Shown here: piece after piece, positions 30,201 through 43,436 of the stretch | Numbering within the stretch: position 1 is the first letter of the stretch | Layout of the letters: every line of letters starts with the position of its first letter | From: Eledone cirrhosa | Lineage: Eukaryota | Direction: 5' to 3' | Length of the DNA stretch: 64,000 bases | Assembly (NCBI GenBank): GCA_964016885.1 | Contig: OZ024744.1 | Location: 5,642,001 to 5,706,000 of the forward strand | Notes under the pieces: model-generated | Database searches by the model: none | Told to the model about the DNA's origin: nothing | Seen by the model: the letters and a program-made list of their open reading frames with translations, nothing else | Made by a program: the position numbers and the translations under genes

Positions 30201-30597
30201 ACGGACCCAGAAGGGCTTCCAGGCGTCTAAAGAAGTCCGGCCGTCCTTCCCCAGTAGGAGCATAGACGGCCACCAGTCTAAAGGCACCACCTTCATTATT
30301 GTTCACGTCCAGGACCACCAACTTCCCGTCCGGGTCCCGGAAGATCGACCTTACATCGAGATCCAGGCCTTTCCTAAACAGCACTGCCACCCCGCCTCCC
30401 ATTCCCGGCCGGCTAACAGATGCAAAGATCTGATAGTCGTCGAAAATGGGGGCTAGTGCGCGCGTGTCGGAAATCCTGGTCTCGCTGACTGCAATTACAT
30501 CCATTTCTATAGACCCGAGGTCGTTGTGCAGGTGACCCTGCTTCCAGGACGATCCCAGGCCTCGAACATTTAAACATCCTACTCTTAATACGGCCAT
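27274..30597 (-). pseudogene. LINE ORF2 (AP endonuclease + reverse transcriptase), disrupted
   Basis: ORF track pieces 30058-30597, 29900-30115, 28563-29150, 28018-28386 and 27581-28021 are collinear parts of one ORF2. Confidence 0.88.
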
Positions 30598-30628
30598 GTT
30601 GGCAGGTTAAACAGAGAGAGAGGTTAGT

Positions 30629-32591
30629 TTACTTACCTCCCGGGCTCTTGTGAAGGTCGGGTTGTTCGACCTCCATAGTTAGTGGGGTTTCTTTTGGGAA
30701 CCCCTTTAAAAGTCTTGAAGTTGGTTTTACGTTCGGGGTTCCCACGTCTCGAGGAAAGCTGTCTCGTATTTCTTTGAATATGTCGACCGACATTCGCACC
30801 AGAACCAAATCTTCCGGCACGCGAAATGTGCTCGATTTAAAAATTTCCCCCTCTTTTTGTATATTTTCACTTCGTGCTACGAGGACCATCAGTTCCTTGT
30901 TGGCCCTCCTGACGATCACGAAGTTTTGTATGTTTTGTTGGTGTGATTTTATTTGTTTGCGTGGCTGTGGTGGTGATGGTTTTGGTGGTGTTGTTTCGGT
31001 TGTATCTGTGTTTGTTGTGAGTGCGGTGTCTGTGGTTTCAGATGTTTGTGTGTATATTTGTTCTTGCGTCTGTTTCATTGTTTGCGTTTGGGGGATTCTG
31101 GTGATAGTGATGGTGGTGTCGATGTTGGTGTTATTGGAGAGATGTTTGCGTGGGTGGTGTCTGCGTTTTTTATTGTCGGTGCTTTTGTGCTTTGTTGAGT
31201 TTTTTTTTCTTTTTGTGTTTCCTTTTTTGTATTTTGGGGGATTTGGGATTTCCCTCATCTTCACTACTGGTAGATGAGGGGTCTGTGTCTGTAAGTGTGT
31301 CTGTATGTATGTTTATGGTTTTATTGGTGTGTGTATTTTTGGGGGGAGGGGGAATTTGACAGCTTTCCTCGTTTCCCCCCTGGATAGTCAATGTTGGTGG
31401 TGGTCTTTCTATTGGTGTTGTTGTTGGTGGTTTTACGGTGCTGGTGTTGGTTGTGGTCCTCGCCCCGGCGTCGGCAGCAGTGGAGCCTTTCGACCCCTTG
31501 CTTCTTTCAGCAGTTGAGGGCAGAAGGCTCGCAAATGGATTTTTTCCCCACAAACAAAACACTGCGGCCTTTTGCGCCCGGTCATAATGTGAATGACAGT
31601 CCCATTCTGAAGGCGGATGTTGTCTGGGATTGTCCTCACATTCTCGGGCCTGATCTGGAGAAGGATCTCCAGGTCAACCCCGGACCAGTCCTCTCTGGCC
31701 ATTCTGGTCACTTCTATAGGGACTGTATCCGTCCCCTCCACAATCACACATCCCAGAAGCCACCACATGTCAAGTCCTGGTGGGATTCTGGGAATGTGGA
31801 GACGGGCCGTTCTTTTTCACATGTGGGAGGGGTACATTATGAGCTTGCTGGTTTTGCAAGGATTCATAGCGTGTTTCATAGCGAGGGCTTCTGACTTGAA
31901 CAACACCGAAATGGTGCCGTACTGCCTCCTCCTCTCTATGTACTGGGTGTCTTCTCTGATGCGCCTCAGCGCGACTTCGACATCTTGTGGGATTAAAGCT
32001 GCCCTTTTGGTTTGTGCTGAGATGCATCTATAATGCACCGTTCTGTGCTCCACTGCCTCAATAGCTTCTACCGGGACAGTTAAGTTGGCCCAGGTTTACT
32101 CTTGCTTGATGAGCTTCCATGCCTGGGCCAACTTTTCATCTTTGGTTGAGAGGTCCATGTTGAAGCATGGCCTCTTTTTTGCTGCTGCCGCAGCGAAAGT
32201 GTTCTTCTTGTTGTCGTTGGGGTCGTTGTTCTTGTTGGTGTTGTTGTTAGCACTGTCGCTGTTATCATTGTTGTCTTTGTTGCCACCGTTGTTCTCGGTG
32301 CAGTTGGTATTGTTGCTGGTGGTGTTGTCGCTATTTGTTTTCATGTTAGTGGTGTTGATATTGTTGTTGTATTTGTTTGTTTTTTTTGTTATCTGTATTT
32401 TCGTTGTCGCTGTTAAGGTCATTTTTTTCAAAATTAGAGTTCTTATTGGTATCATTGGTGTCTTTGTTTACCTTGTTTGTGGTGGTGTTTTTGTTATCAA
32501 TGTGTGTTAATTTCGCTGTAGCGCTCCTCTCAACTTCTACGTCGTTGTCGCACGACAGCCGACATATCGCTGGGGGGCGTGGCTCAGCCAT
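30629..32591 (-). pseudogene. LINE ORF1 (gag-like, CCHC knuckle, Asn/Thr-rich), frameshifted
   Basis: Pieces 32346-32591, 32096-32455, 31817-32053, 31433-31768, 31170-31562 and 30629-31264 lie directly upstream of the ORF2 start. Confidence 0.75.
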
Positions 32592-32855
32592 GTTTTATTT
32601 TCTTCGTAAATTTTTTAACATGTAAAAAAAAAAGTTCAAATATTTGGGCCAAAAGGCCCAAATATTATACTTTCCCCTTCACGGGGCAAAGTCTAAGGGC
32701 TTATATCCTTTACACAAGAAATAGTTAACAATAAATAATTTAAACAGGCAAATAAAGCGACTTACTGTGAGGGAGCAAAATACGTCCGCTTAGACCAATA
32801 ATAATAATAAATAAATAAATTATTGTATCTGAAGCTCTCTTCCACCGTGGAAATA

Positions 32856-35015
32856 TTAAGGAAGGATGTCTGTATATTACATATAAGAAATATTAAGGAA
32901 GGATGTCTGTATATTACATATAAGAAATATAAGGAAGGATGTCTGTATATTACATATAAGTAATATAAGGAAGGATGTCTGTATATTACATATAAGACAT
33001 ATAAGGAAGGATGTCTGTATATTACATATAAGTAATATAAGGAAGGATGTCTGTATATTACATATAAGTAATATAAGGAAGGATGTCTGTATATTACATA
33101 TAAGTAATATAAGGAAGGATGTCTGTATATTACATATAAGAAATATAAGGAAGGATGTCTGTATATTACATATAAGTAATATAAGGAAGGATGTCTGTAT
33201 ATTACATATAAGTAATATAAGGAAGGATGTCTGTATATTACATATAAGAAATATAAGGAAGGATGTCTGTATAGTACATATAAGTAATATAAGGAAGGAT
33301 GTCTGTATATTACATATAAGTAATATAAGGAAGGATGTCTGTATATTACATATAAGAAATATAAGGAAGGATGTCTGTATATTACATATAAGAAATATAA
33401 GGAAGGATGTCTGTATAGTACATATAAGTAATATAAGGAAGGATGTCTGTATATTACATATAAGAAATATAAGGAAGGATGTCTGTATATTACATATAAG
33501 AAATATAAGGAAGGATGTCTGTATAGTACATATAAGTAATATAAGGAAGGATGTCTGTATATTACATATAAGAAATATAAGGAAGGATGTCTGTATATTA
33601 CATATAAGAAATATAAGGAAGGATGTCTGTATATTACATATAAGAAATATAAGGAAGGATGTCTGTATATTACATATAAGTAATATAAGGAAGGATGTCT
33701 GTATATTACATATAAGAAATATAAGGAAGGATGTCTGTATATTACATATAAGAAATATAAGGAAGGATGTCTGTATATTACATATAAGAAATATAAGGAA
33801 GGATGTCTGTATATTACATATAAGAAATATAAGGAAGGATGTCTGTATATTACATATAAGAAATATAAGGAAGGATGTCTGTATATTACATATAAGAAAT
33901 ATAAGGAAGGATGTCTGTATATTACATATAAGTAATATAAGGAAGGATGTCTGTATATTACATATAAGAAATATAAGGAAGGATGTCTGTATATTACATA
34001 TAAGAAATATAAGGAAGGATGTCTGTATATTACATATAAGAAATATAAGGAAGGATGTCTGTATAGTACATATAAGAAATATAAGGAAGGATGTCTGTAT
34101 ATTACATATAAGAAATATAAGGAAGGATGTCTGTATAGTACATATAAGTAATATAAGGAAGGATGTCTGTATATTACATATAAGTAATATAAGGAAGGAT
34201 GTCTGTATATTACATATAAGAAATATAAGGAAGGATGTCTGTATAGTACATATAAGTAATATAAGGAAGGATGTCTGTATATTACATATAAGAAATATAA
34301 GGAAGGATGTCTGTATAGTACATATAAGTAATATAAGGAAGGATGTCTGTATAGTACATATAAGTAATATAAGGAAGGATGTCTGTATATTACATATAAG
34401 TAATATAAGGAAGGATGTCTGTATATTACATATAAGTAATATAAGGAAGGATGTCTGTATAGTACATATAAGTAATATAAGGAAGGATGTCTGTATATTA
34501 CATATAAGAAATATAAGGAAGGATGTCTGTATATTACATATAAGTAATATAAGGAAGGATGTCTGTATAGTACATATAAGTAATATAAGGAAGGATGTCT
34601 GTATAGTACATATAAGTAATATAAGGAAGGATGTCTGTATATTACATATAAGTAATATAAGGAAGGATGTCTGTATATTACATATAAGTAATATAAGGAA
34701 GGATGTCTGTATAGTACATATAAGTAATATAAGGAAGGATGTCTGTATATTACATATAAGTAATATAAGGAAGGATGTCTGTATAGTACATATAAGTAAT
34801 ATAAGGAAGGATGTCTGTATATTACATATAAGTAATATAAGGAAGGATGTCTGTATATTACATATAAGTAATATAAGGAAGGATGTCTGTATATTACATA
34901 TAAGTAATATAAGGAAGGATGTCTGTATAGTACATATAAGTAATATAAGGAAGGATGTCTGTATATTACATATAAGTAATATAAGGAAGGATGTCTGTAT
35001 ATTACATATAAGTAA
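32856..35015. repeat. 36-bp minisatellite, about 60 copies
   Basis: Unit ATAAGGAAGGATGTCTGTATATTACATATAAGTAAT with two main polymorphic sites and no spacers. Confidence 0.95.
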
Positions 35016-35099
35016 CACAACACAAACAGACTGAACAGACAAATAACAAACACAATACATTGTATTGGCTACAACCGCAACAGCTCCCTCACTACAGAA

Positions 35100-38000
35100 C
35101 CACTACCCTATCTCTACCACCACTACCCTAAATCCACCACCACTACCACTACCCTATCTCTACCACCACTACCCTAAATCCACCACCACTACCACTACCC
35201 TATCTCTACCACCACTACCCTAAATCCACCACCACTACCACTGCCCTATCTCTACCACCACTACCCTAACTCCACCACCACTACCACTACCCTAATTCTA
35301 CCACCACTACCACTACCCTATATCCACCACCACTACCACTACCCTATCTCTACCACCACTACCCTAAATCCACCACCACTACCACTGCCCTATCTCTACC
35401 ACCACTACCCTAACTCCACCACCACTACCACTGCCCTATCTCCACCACCACTACCACTACCCTATATCCACCACCACTACCCTAACTCCACCACCACTAC
35501 CACTACCCTATCTCTACCACCACTACCCTAACTCCACCACCACTACCACTGCCCTATCTCCACCACCACTACCACTACCCTATATCCACCACCACTACCC
35601 TAACTCCACCACCACTACCACTACCCTATCTCTACCACCACTACCCTAACTCCACCACCACTACCACTGCCCTATCTCCACCACCACTACCACTACCCTA
35701 TATCCACCACCACTACCCTAACTCCACCACCACTACCACTACCCTATCTCCACCACCACTACCCTAACTCCACCACCACTACCACTACCCTATCTCTACC
35801 ACCACTACTCTAACTCCACCACCACTACCACTACCCTAATTCTACCACCACTACCACTACCCTATATCCACCACCACCACCACCACTACCACTACCCTAT
35901 CTCTACAACCACCACCACTACTCTACCACCACCACCACTACCACTACATTATCTCCACCACCACTACCACTACCCTATCACCACCACCACTACCACTACC
36001 CTAACTCTACCACCACCACCACTACCACTACCCTATCTCCACTACCACCACCCTATCTCCACCACCACTACCACTACCCTATCTCCACCACCACTACCAC
36101 TACCCTATCTCCACCACCACCACCACTACCACCACCCTATCTCCACCACCACTACCACTACCCTAACTCTACCACCACCACCACTACCACCACCCTATCT
36201 CCACCACCACTACCACTACCCTGTCTCTACCACCACTACCACTACCACCACCCTATCTCCACCACCACTACCACTACCCTAACTCTACCACCACCACCAC
36301 TACCACTACCCTATCTCCACCACCACTACCACTACCCTATCTCCACCACCACCACCACTACCACCACCCTATCTCCACCACCCTATCTCCACCACCACTA
36401 CCACTACCCTAACTCTACCACCACCACCACTACCACTACCCTATCTCCACCACCACTACCACTACCCTATCTCCACTACCACCACCCTATCTCCACCACC
36501 ACCACCACTACCCTATCTCCACCACCACTACCACTACCCTATCTCCACCACCACTACCCTATCTCCACCACCACTACCACTACCCTGTCTCTACCACCAC
36601 TACCACTACCACCGCCCTATCTCCACCACCACTACCACTACCCTATCTCCACTACCACTACCCTATCTCCACCACCACTACCACTACCCTATCTCCACTA
36701 CCACCACCCTATCTCCACCACCACTACCACTACCCTGTCTCTACCACCACTACCACTACCACCGCCCTATCTCCACCACCACTACCACTACCCTATCTCC
36801 ACTACCACTACCCTATCTCCACCACCACTACCACTACCCTATCTCCACTACCACCACCCTATCTCCACCACCACTACCACTACCCTGTCTCTACCACCAC
36901 TACCACTACCACCGCCCTATCTCCACCACCACTACCACTACCCTATCTCCACTACCACTACCCTATCTCCACCACCACTACCACTACCCTATCTCCACTA
37001 CCACTACCCTATCTCCACTACCACTACCCTATCTCCACCACCACTACCACTACCCTATCTCCACTACCACTACCCTATCTCCACTACCACTACCCTATCT
37101 CCACCACCACTACCCTATCTCCACCACCACTACCACTACCCTATCTCCACTACCACTACCCTATCTCCACTACCACTACCCTATCTCCACCACCACTACC
37201 ACTACCCTATCTCCACTACCACTACCCTATCTCCACTACCACTACCCTATCTCCACCACCACTACCCTATCTCCACCACCACTACCACTACCCTATCTCC
37301 ACTACCACTACCCTATCTCCACTACCACCACCCTATCTCCACCACCACCACCACTACCCTATCTCCACCACCACTACCACTACCCTATCTCCACCACCAC
37401 TACCCTATCTCCACCACCACTACCACTACCCTATCTCCACTACCACTACCCTATCTCCACTACCACTACCCTATCTCCACTACCACTACCCTATCTCCAC
37501 CACCACTACCACTACCCTATCTCCACTACCACTACCCTATCTCCACTACCACTACCCTATCTCCACCACCACTACCACTACCCTATCTCCACTACCACTA
37601 CCCTATCTCCACCACCACTACCACTACCCTATCTCCACTACCACTACCCTATCTCCACCACCACTACCACTAACCTAACTCTACCACCACCACCACTACC
37701 ACTACCCTATCTCCACTACCACCACCCTATCTCCACCACCACTACCACTAACCTAACTCTACCACCACCACCACTACCACTACACTATCTCCACTACCAC
37801 TACCCTATCTCCACCACCACTACCACTACCCTATCTCCACCACCACTACCACTAACCTAACTCTACCACCACCACCACTACCACTACCCTGTCTCTACCA
37901 CCACTACCACTACCACCGCCCTATCTCCACCACCACTACCACTACCCTATCTCCACTACCACCACCCTATCTCCACCACCACTACCACTACCCTATCTCC

Positions 38001-38856
38001 ACCACCACTACCACTAACCTAACTCTACCACCACCACCACTACCACTACCCTGTCTCTACCACCACTACCACTACCACCGCCCTATCTCCACCACCACTA
38101 CCACTACCCTATCTCCACTACCACCACCCTATCTCCACCACCACTACCACTACCCTATCTCCACCACCACTACCACTAACCTAACTCTACCACCACCACC
38201 ACTACCACTACCCTGTCTCTACCACCACTACCACTACCACCGCCCTATCTCCACCACCACTACCACTACCCTATCTCTACCACCACTACCACTACCACTA
38301 CCCTATCTCCACCACCACTACCACTAACCTAACTCTACCACCACCACCACTACCACTACCCTATCTCCACTACCACCACCCTATCTCCACCACCACTACC
38401 ACTACCCTGTCTCTACCACCACCACCACTACCACTACCCTATCTCCACCACCACTACCACTAACCTAACTCTACCACCACCACCACTACCACTACCCTAT
38501 CTCCACTACCACCACCCTATCTCCACCACCACTACCACTACCCTGTCTCTACCACCACCACCACTACCACTACCCTATCTCCACCACCACTACCACTAAC
38601 CTAACTCTACCACCACCACCACTACCACTACACTATCTCCACCACCACTACCACTACCCTATCACCACCACCACTAGCACCACCATCATTCCCCCACCGC
38701 CACCACTACTCCACCACCACCACCACCACTACTACTCCACCACTACCACCACCACTATTCCCCCACCGCCACCACTACTCCACCACCACCACTACCACTA
38801 CTCCACCACCACCGCCACGACTACTGCACCAACACTACCACCACCACCACCACCAC
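35100..38856. repeat. C-rich (CCA/CTA)-based satellite with mainly 20- and 26-bp units
   Basis: Units CCCTATCTCCACTACCACTA and CCCTATCTCCACCACCACTACCACTA, with CCCTAA variants; extreme C/G strand skew. Confidence 0.92.
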
Positions 38857-38987
38857 AAAAAAACAGAGAGGCAGTACAAATGATATTGTATTAGTTTCAC
38901 GCTTGAGAGTGGGGTGTGAATATATATATATATATATAGGGAAAAGTATGCAGCCCATCGGTCCGCTATAGCCTCAGTACCCCCATC

Positions 38988-39290
38988 CCTGTAATTTTAA
39001 GATAGAATTGGCCGAATACACTTTACTAACCATTTATAGCAAATGTATTAGACCCCTGTAATTTTGTATCATTTTTGTTACTACTCCAATTCTACAATTT
39101 CAAAATTTCTTATTTAGTATTTTCTATTCTCAACTTATTAACCTGTAATTGTAAGATAACATTGGCTGATTACGCTTTACTAACTATTTATAGCAGCTGT
39201 GTTAGACCCCTGAAAAATTTGCATTATATTTTTTCACTACCCACTTCTACAATTTCTTATTTAGTATTTTCTTTTCTCAACTTATTAACC
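38988..39290 (+). repeat. Diverged direct duplication of about 150 bp
   Basis: 38988-39141 and 39142-39290 both begin CCTGTAATT and end near CTCAACTTATTAA. Confidence 0.75.
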
Positions 39291-39708
39291 TTTTCTATAG
39301 CTTTGGCCGTACAAGCAACACCTACTAATTAGAGCAGTTTCTAGACACTACTGTTTTTGTTTGTTTTTTTTATTCATTTCTCACTATCTAATTTTATATA
39401 TATATTTTTTTTATATTTCTTTCTATTATTTTTTATTGTCTCCTACTCTCATCTGACTTACTTATTCTGTAACCTCCCTCTTCCATTTTCCCCAGAACAC
39501 TTTTTCGACTTTTCTTACACTATCCTTAGAATCTGCTGTATAGATTTCACTTTCAACGCTTGACCGGCTCCACTCACTCCCTCACTGTTCTACAGGCAAG
39601 TTCAGCCACCCCTACCTCCCACCAAATGCCATGATAGACTTATTTGTGTTTACAACAAATTTTGACCAATCCTCTCGACAACAACAATCTTCCCATATAA
39701 GGAAGTAC

Positions 39709-39802
39709 TCCCTTGACAAGTTCTGCTATTTATTTACCAGGCTAAAAATTTTAATTTAGTCCAGAAATAGCCGTCGAAACAGCTTGAGCTCTGCCGTCGG
39801 GG
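39709..39802 (+). ncRNA. Degenerate type I HHR (U3-A8), PLE pseudo-LTR family also at 793-870, 41567-41620 and 50632-50810
   Basis: TCCC-TTGACAA-G...GCTATTT...AAATAGCCGTC-GAAA-C...G-TC-GGGG. Other copies give the intact stem III CGGCT/AGCCG. Confidence 0.5.
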
Positions 39803-39890
39803 TCATATTTTTTCCTATTACCCACTCTACTACCCTAAGTATTGAGGACTCAGGTGCGTTATGGTCCAGCTGGTTCCTTACCACAATTCC

Positions 39891-39925
<35 letters not shown>

Positions 39926-39930
<5 letters not shown>

Positions 39931-40262
39931 ATTAGGATTGGTGCTCTGAAATAGCGATGTATACATGAATATATGTATAGATATTTGGCAATATACTTTA
40001 TGCTTAATTACAAACACTTTGAAGACCTTGCGCTATTATTTTAAATTAGTGACTATGTCGCTTACTTCTTTTTTCAACAAACAAAGGGAGATAAGCTGAC
40101 AGATCTGTTTCACACTGTTGGTGTTCATCAGAGCTTAGCACTCGCCGATGTTTGTTGAAAATTATAGATGCTGGATTCTTCTAGAATTCCAGTAATAATC
40201 AGGAACTGATTATACAGAGCGCTTGCCGGTCCAGTTCAGAGCACCAATCCTAATTTTCAATT
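39926..40262 (-). mobile_element. Solo diverged monomer of the HHR satellite (dispersed retrozyme-like insertion)
   Basis: Reverse complement is collinear with the 321-bp monomer; abuts (AT)n; 25-bp inverted terminal duplication at 39926-39950 / 40235-40259. Confidence 0.88.
40071..40161 (-). ncRNA. Canonical type I hammerhead ribozyme in the solo monomer
   Basis: Minus strand TTTTCAACAAACA...AAGCT-CTGATGA-ACAC-CAACA-GTGT-GAAA-CAGATCTG-TC-AGCTT...TGTTTGTTGAAAA; predicted cut between 40098 and 40097. Confidence 0.9.
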
Positions 40263-40264
40263 TT

Positions 40265-41322
40265 TGGAGTCAGGCACCACTGTGGGGTTTGGAGGCCGCA
40301 CGAAAACAGGCAAGGCGGTGCTGGTCGAGCTGGTGCGTGAGCCTGTCTGAGGCCAGATTGCACTCGATGGCATCCCAAGTGGTTTGAGAGGACTTGACGT
40401 CAACAGGGGGAGAAGGATGAGGGACGTTTACTGGGCTAAGTCCCAGCCGGTCCCATATATCACAGGCGGCCTCACGTTCTCTGAACACAGAGGGTTCTAT
40501 TGTGTTTAGAAGAACCCTGCTGACAAGGTTGCGGCACGAGATTACCGACGAAAGATACGCCGGCAAAGCCAGTGAGATCGGGGGCGGGAGGCCAAGGCCA
40601 CCATACCTGACAGGTAAAGTAGCCTGTTGGCATCCAATGTCCTCAAACTTGAAGTTGCATATCTCCTCGGCTGCTGCTCGGATACAAGTATCGAGGTCAA
40701 CGAGGAGAGATGTCTGAGTGTAGCATGGAGCGCTGCGGAGTGTATAGAGGAGCTTCGGCATGACGAAGCAGTTTCTCAACAGAAAGAGGGCTGGGTGGCC
40801 TTCGATCAAGCCCAGTCGGCTCGTGAGAGTTTGGAGTTATTGAAGCCTGGACCTGATGGTGGAGCAGATGGCTGGCGGGTGGATCGGTGACCCGAGGATG
40901 AGAACATCCTATTTAGGGGTCACCTGTACCTGGTGGAGAATGGACCGCACGTCCGAGACGGAGGCTGCAAAGCTCTCAGCATGGTGGCTGACATTCACCA
41001 CCTCCGACTTGGCCGAGTTGACCTGGAGGCCGATGCCCGCCAGGGCAGGAACCAGCGATTGTAGGTCATCAACGTAGCATCATCCAGATACCAAACATTG
41101 AGAGCGGCAGTGATACTCCGAACGATGTAGTCTATACCAAGGGCAAACAAGAGGGGTCCCAAAGGGTCGCCCTGTTGAACCCCAGTGGCCAAAGGTATGA
41201 CCGTATCAGCAGCAAGGAGCATGATCGGGCCTCCATACAACAGGTAGGCCAGCGGGTAGGCAGAGGGGGCTCGGCTGAGCAGGCATCGAGCAGATGGTCC
41301 CGGCGTAAGCAGTTGAATACAG
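40265..41322 (-). pseudogene. CRE-clade non-LTR retrotransposon RT fragment
   Basis: GVQQGDPLGPLLFAL, WYLDD, ALFLLRNCF.MPKLLYTLRSAP and QATLPVRYGGLGL. Confidence 0.8.
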
Positions 41323-41328
41323 AGCTTA

Positions 41329-41558
41329 TTAGTTATGTAATAAACAACATAAGATAATTAATTCATTTACCAAAGGTTTCACGAAGGCAGACGAGCTTGA
41401 TATTTACGTCTGCCTTCAATCATCAGAAATAATTTATTAAGCTTTTGATATAAATGATTTCTAATGATTGAAGGCAGACGTAAATATCAAGCTCGTCTGC
41501 CTTCGTGAAACCTTTGGTAAATGAATTAATTATCTTATGTTGTTTATTACATAACTAA
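41329..41558. repeat. Palindrome with type I HHR on the minus strand (41361-41433)
   Basis: Arms of about 105 bp. Minus strand CTGATGA-T-TGAAGGCAGACG...CGTCTGCCTTCG-T-GAAA-CCTTTGG-TA; the plus-strand copy has CTAATGA. Confidence 0.7.
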
Positions 41559-41629
41559 AAAATATATAGGAACCGGTAAGACCCCGACGGCTGAGCTCAA
41601 GCCGTTTCGACGGCTAATTCTTCGTTAAA

Positions 41630-41669
<40 letters not shown>

Positions 41670-41687
41670 TATATATATATATATATG

Positions 41688-42394
41688 ATATTAAACAAAT
41701 GGAAACTATATTTATAAAACCATATTTATTTCGTTATATATATTTCTGGGATATCATATTAAAAATATGTTATGCCTTCCTCAGACAAAATACAATACAT
41801 AAGCTGTTTTATAAATAATTAGTGACATACCTTGTAATAATGCAACTTCCTTTTAAAAAGTTGATTTGGTAGTGAAACTGTTATGATAGTTATATAGAAA
41901 GAAAACGAAGATGAGAAGAGGAAGAGGAAGAGATGTATGTAAATAAAAAGAAGAAGATGAAGAGATGTATGTAAAGAGAAAAGAGATGTATGTAAAGAAA
42001 AACAACGGAGCGAGATAGAGAGACAAGGATAGAGAGAAATACATTGATGGTGAAAAAAACCCATAGTAGGCTGCTTTTTGACAGATGATCATCGTATATG
42101 TGAGAGGTTAAGGGAAGGGATACAGTTAGATTAGTGTATAGGAGAAAAAGAAAGAAAGATGATATATTTAAAATATATTAAAAATATATTATGTCTCATC
42201 CATTTGAATTATCAAATTTTATGAATTAGGCATTATAATGTAAATATCAGTATTCATGAATGAGACACATAAAACAGCTTATGTATTGTATTTTGTCTGA
42301 GGAAGGCATAACATATTTTTAATATGATATCCCAGAAATATATATAACGAAATAAATATGGTTTTATAAATATAGTTTCCATTTGTTTAATATC
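41688..42394. mobile_element. PLE family B pseudo-LTR with inverted 125-bp ends containing HHRs
   Basis: 41688-41811 and 42270-42394 are reverse complements; homologous to 910-1330. Confidence 0.75.
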
Positions 42395-42482
42395 GTAAAC
42401 CTACTCCAGAAACTGTTGAGTGCTTTTATATCAGTTATAAAATATTTACTCGTTGTAACCCAACAATCTTAAATACAACTTT

Positions 42483-42575
<93 letters not shown>

Positions 42576-42584
42576 ATATATATA

Positions 42585-43127
42585 TTGTTATACTTTGGGA
42601 GGGTCATGTTGCCAATAAGAAACACACGCACCTTTCACTTCAATTTATTATATATTTATAAATTTATAAATTTACACATTTACAAACTTATAAATTTCTG
42701 GTTGGTTGGTTGGTTCCACAACCAGATAGTTGTTTATATATAGTCATAGTCCTTTCGTCACACACTATGTGACCTCTTCAGTGACTGGGGATTCCTTTCT
42801 TTGTTTCTGTGCCTTTCCTTTCTTCTATCCTACGCCATTTTGTTTCTGTGTGTGTGTTGTGTGCTCAGTTTGCGCATGCGCCACATCCGGGTGTCTGTGT
42901 GTGTTTGTGTTCATTTATCTATTTGTTTATTTATTTATTTATTCATTGTTGGTTGGTTGTTTGTTCTATGTGTGTGTGTGTTTTCATTTTGTCCTGTGTG
43001 TGTTTTCATTTTGTCCTTAATTGTAAGTTGTTTGTTCTATTGGCAACATGACCCTCCCAAAGTATAACAATATCGGTTTCAACACACGATTTCAGATAAA
43101 GAATCTTGCTAAACAAATTCAGAAACG

Positions 43128-43128
<1 letters not shown>
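42585..43128 (-). mobile_element. PLE pseudo-LTR with HHR (42742-42786, -) and inverted 3'-end duplication
   Basis: Reverse complement of about 55735-56198; HHR AGTCA-CTGAAGA-G-GTCACA..TGTGAC-GAAA-GGAC-TA-TGACT; (AT)n flanks. Confidence 0.75.
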
Positions 43129-43203
<75 letters not shown>

Positions 43204-43239
43204 AATATATATATATACATATACACACACACAATTATG

Positions 43240-43271
<32 letters not shown>

Positions 43272-43375
43272 TATATATATATTTGTATATATGTATATAT
43301 ATATATATATATACATATACGCACACACACATATATATATATATATACACATATATATATATGTGTATATATGTA

Positions 43376-43436
<61 letters not shown>

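Larger units (their letters stand above)
27150..32650 (-). mobile_element. Near full-length decayed Tx1/L1-clade LINE (ORF1 + APE-RT ORF2)
   Basis: ORF1 pieces include a CFVCGEKIHLRAFC zinc knuckle. ORF2 has APE motifs (LNVRGL, ETR, VYAP, GDWN, YIDRIF), RT motifs (FRPITLLNTDFKI, DQSKAYDRV, QGCPL, HADD) and C-terminal CPRC...ETVLH. Multiple frameshifts. Confidence 0.9.

Noticed and set aside
32856-35015. CRISPR array (36-bp repeat)
   Set aside because: Repeats are head-to-tail with no spacers, there are no cas genes, and the context is eukaryotic.
32762-35060. 763-aa and 727-aa ORFs
   Set aside because: Translations of a 36-bp minisatellite that lacks stops in two frames.
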